From positions 13,711 through 77,710 of the forward strand of contig CAMRSX010000004.1 in NCBI GenBank assembly GCA_947053595.1: a stretch of 64,000 nucleotides of DNA, written 5' to 3'. A program made the translations under genes and the position numbers. The stretch comes from an uncultured Clostridia bacterium. Its GTDB lineage: Bacteria > Bacillota > Clostridia > Christensenellales > UBA1242. The notes below the pieces were generated by a model. It did no database searches. It was not told the origin of the DNA and saw only the letters and a program-made list of their open reading frames with translations. Position 1 is the first letter of the stretch, and the number at the start of each line of letters is the position of its first letter. Shown piece by piece: positions 63,685 to 64,000 of this stretch.

Positions 63685-63712
63685 ATCTTCATAGAGAAAA
63701 AGGAGAAAAATT

Positions 63713-64000
63713 ATGTTAGTAAGTTGCCACGGAATTGAACTCTCAGATGCCTTCTTAAGCGTAAGCAAAGCCATCTCAAACAAAGTTACAAACCCAATTT
63801 TGGAAGGAATTAAAATTGTTGCAGAGGATGACACCCTCACCCTTTGCGCCACCGACACCGAGCTTTCCATTGAAAAGAAAATCAAGGCCAACATCAAAGA
63901 AGAAGGCGAAGCAGTTGTTCCGGGCAAGTTCATCACCGAGTTTGTCAAAAAACTGACAAACGAAATGATTGAGCTGGAAGTGAACGAAAAAAATCAGATG
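63713..64000 (+). CDS. dnaN: DNA polymerase III beta sliding clamp DnaN (5' part; continues beyond window)
   Basis: It is not in the ORF track because there is no in-window stop. My translation is MLVSCHGIELSDAFLSVSKAISNKVTNPILEGIKIVAEDDTLTLCATDTELSIEKKIKANIKEEGEAVVPGKFITEFVKKL, a typical DnaN N-terminus. Confidence 0.9.
   Translation, partial: MLVSCHGIELSDAFLSVSKAISNKVTNPILEGIKIVAEDDTLTLCATDTELSIEKKIKANIKEEGEAVVPGKFITEFVKKLTNEMIELEVNEKNQM

Noticed and set aside
1-64000. Scanned the window for CRISPR arrays, rRNA genes, IS elements/transposases and prophage genes.
   Set aside because: No spaced identical repeats, rRNA-like sequence, DDE/serine/tyrosine recombinase motifs or phage structural genes were recognised.

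Overview
This is a 64-kb chromosomal window from a low-GC, Bacillota (Firmicutes)-like bacterium. It ends at the replication origin region: recF (minus), then dnaA, a DnaA-box cluster with an AT-rich stretch, and the 5' part of dnaN. The bacterial and Firmicute character is supported by a glycine T-box leader before glyQS, a YolD/Y-family polymerase pair, a PASTA-containing class B PBP in an rsmH-ftsL-like-pbp (dcw) block, mscL, cardiolipin synthase, DUF1540 and a tiny Cys/Gly-rich hydrophobic protein. Most genes lie on the minus strand, co-oriented with leftward replication from the origin. There are two tRNAs, Ala-UGC and Arg-UCG. I saw no rRNA, CRISPR array, transposase or integrase. Three things stand out. 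(1) The left 6.8 kb is one tightly packed minus-strand operon. It encodes an SPFH/double-zinc-ribbon protein, two ~200-aa all-helical proteins that read like Snf7/CHMP-type ESCRT-III subunits, and a single-AAA ATPase with an MIT-like N-domain (Vps4-like). It also encodes a large zinc-ribbon/TPR/TM protein that the supplied ORF track misses because it runs off the window edge. This is my candidate for a new system. (2) A 5670-aa N-terminally anchored giant protein is translationally coupled (TAATG) to cardiolipin synthase. (3) A C9 homopolymer sits in the -35/-10 spacer of the promoter of a processive GT2 glycosyltransferase, which suggests phase variation. Smaller items are also reported: an orphan type IV coupling protein beside tRNA-Arg with decayed neighbouring genes, a protein built from about five tandem sigma-region-4-like HTH units, a 17-nt direct-repeat array, a 1007-aa CvpA-like protein where mraZ would normally sit, and a probable leaderless gene. 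All homology calls were made by eye and from memory of family motifs. No database search or computation was run.
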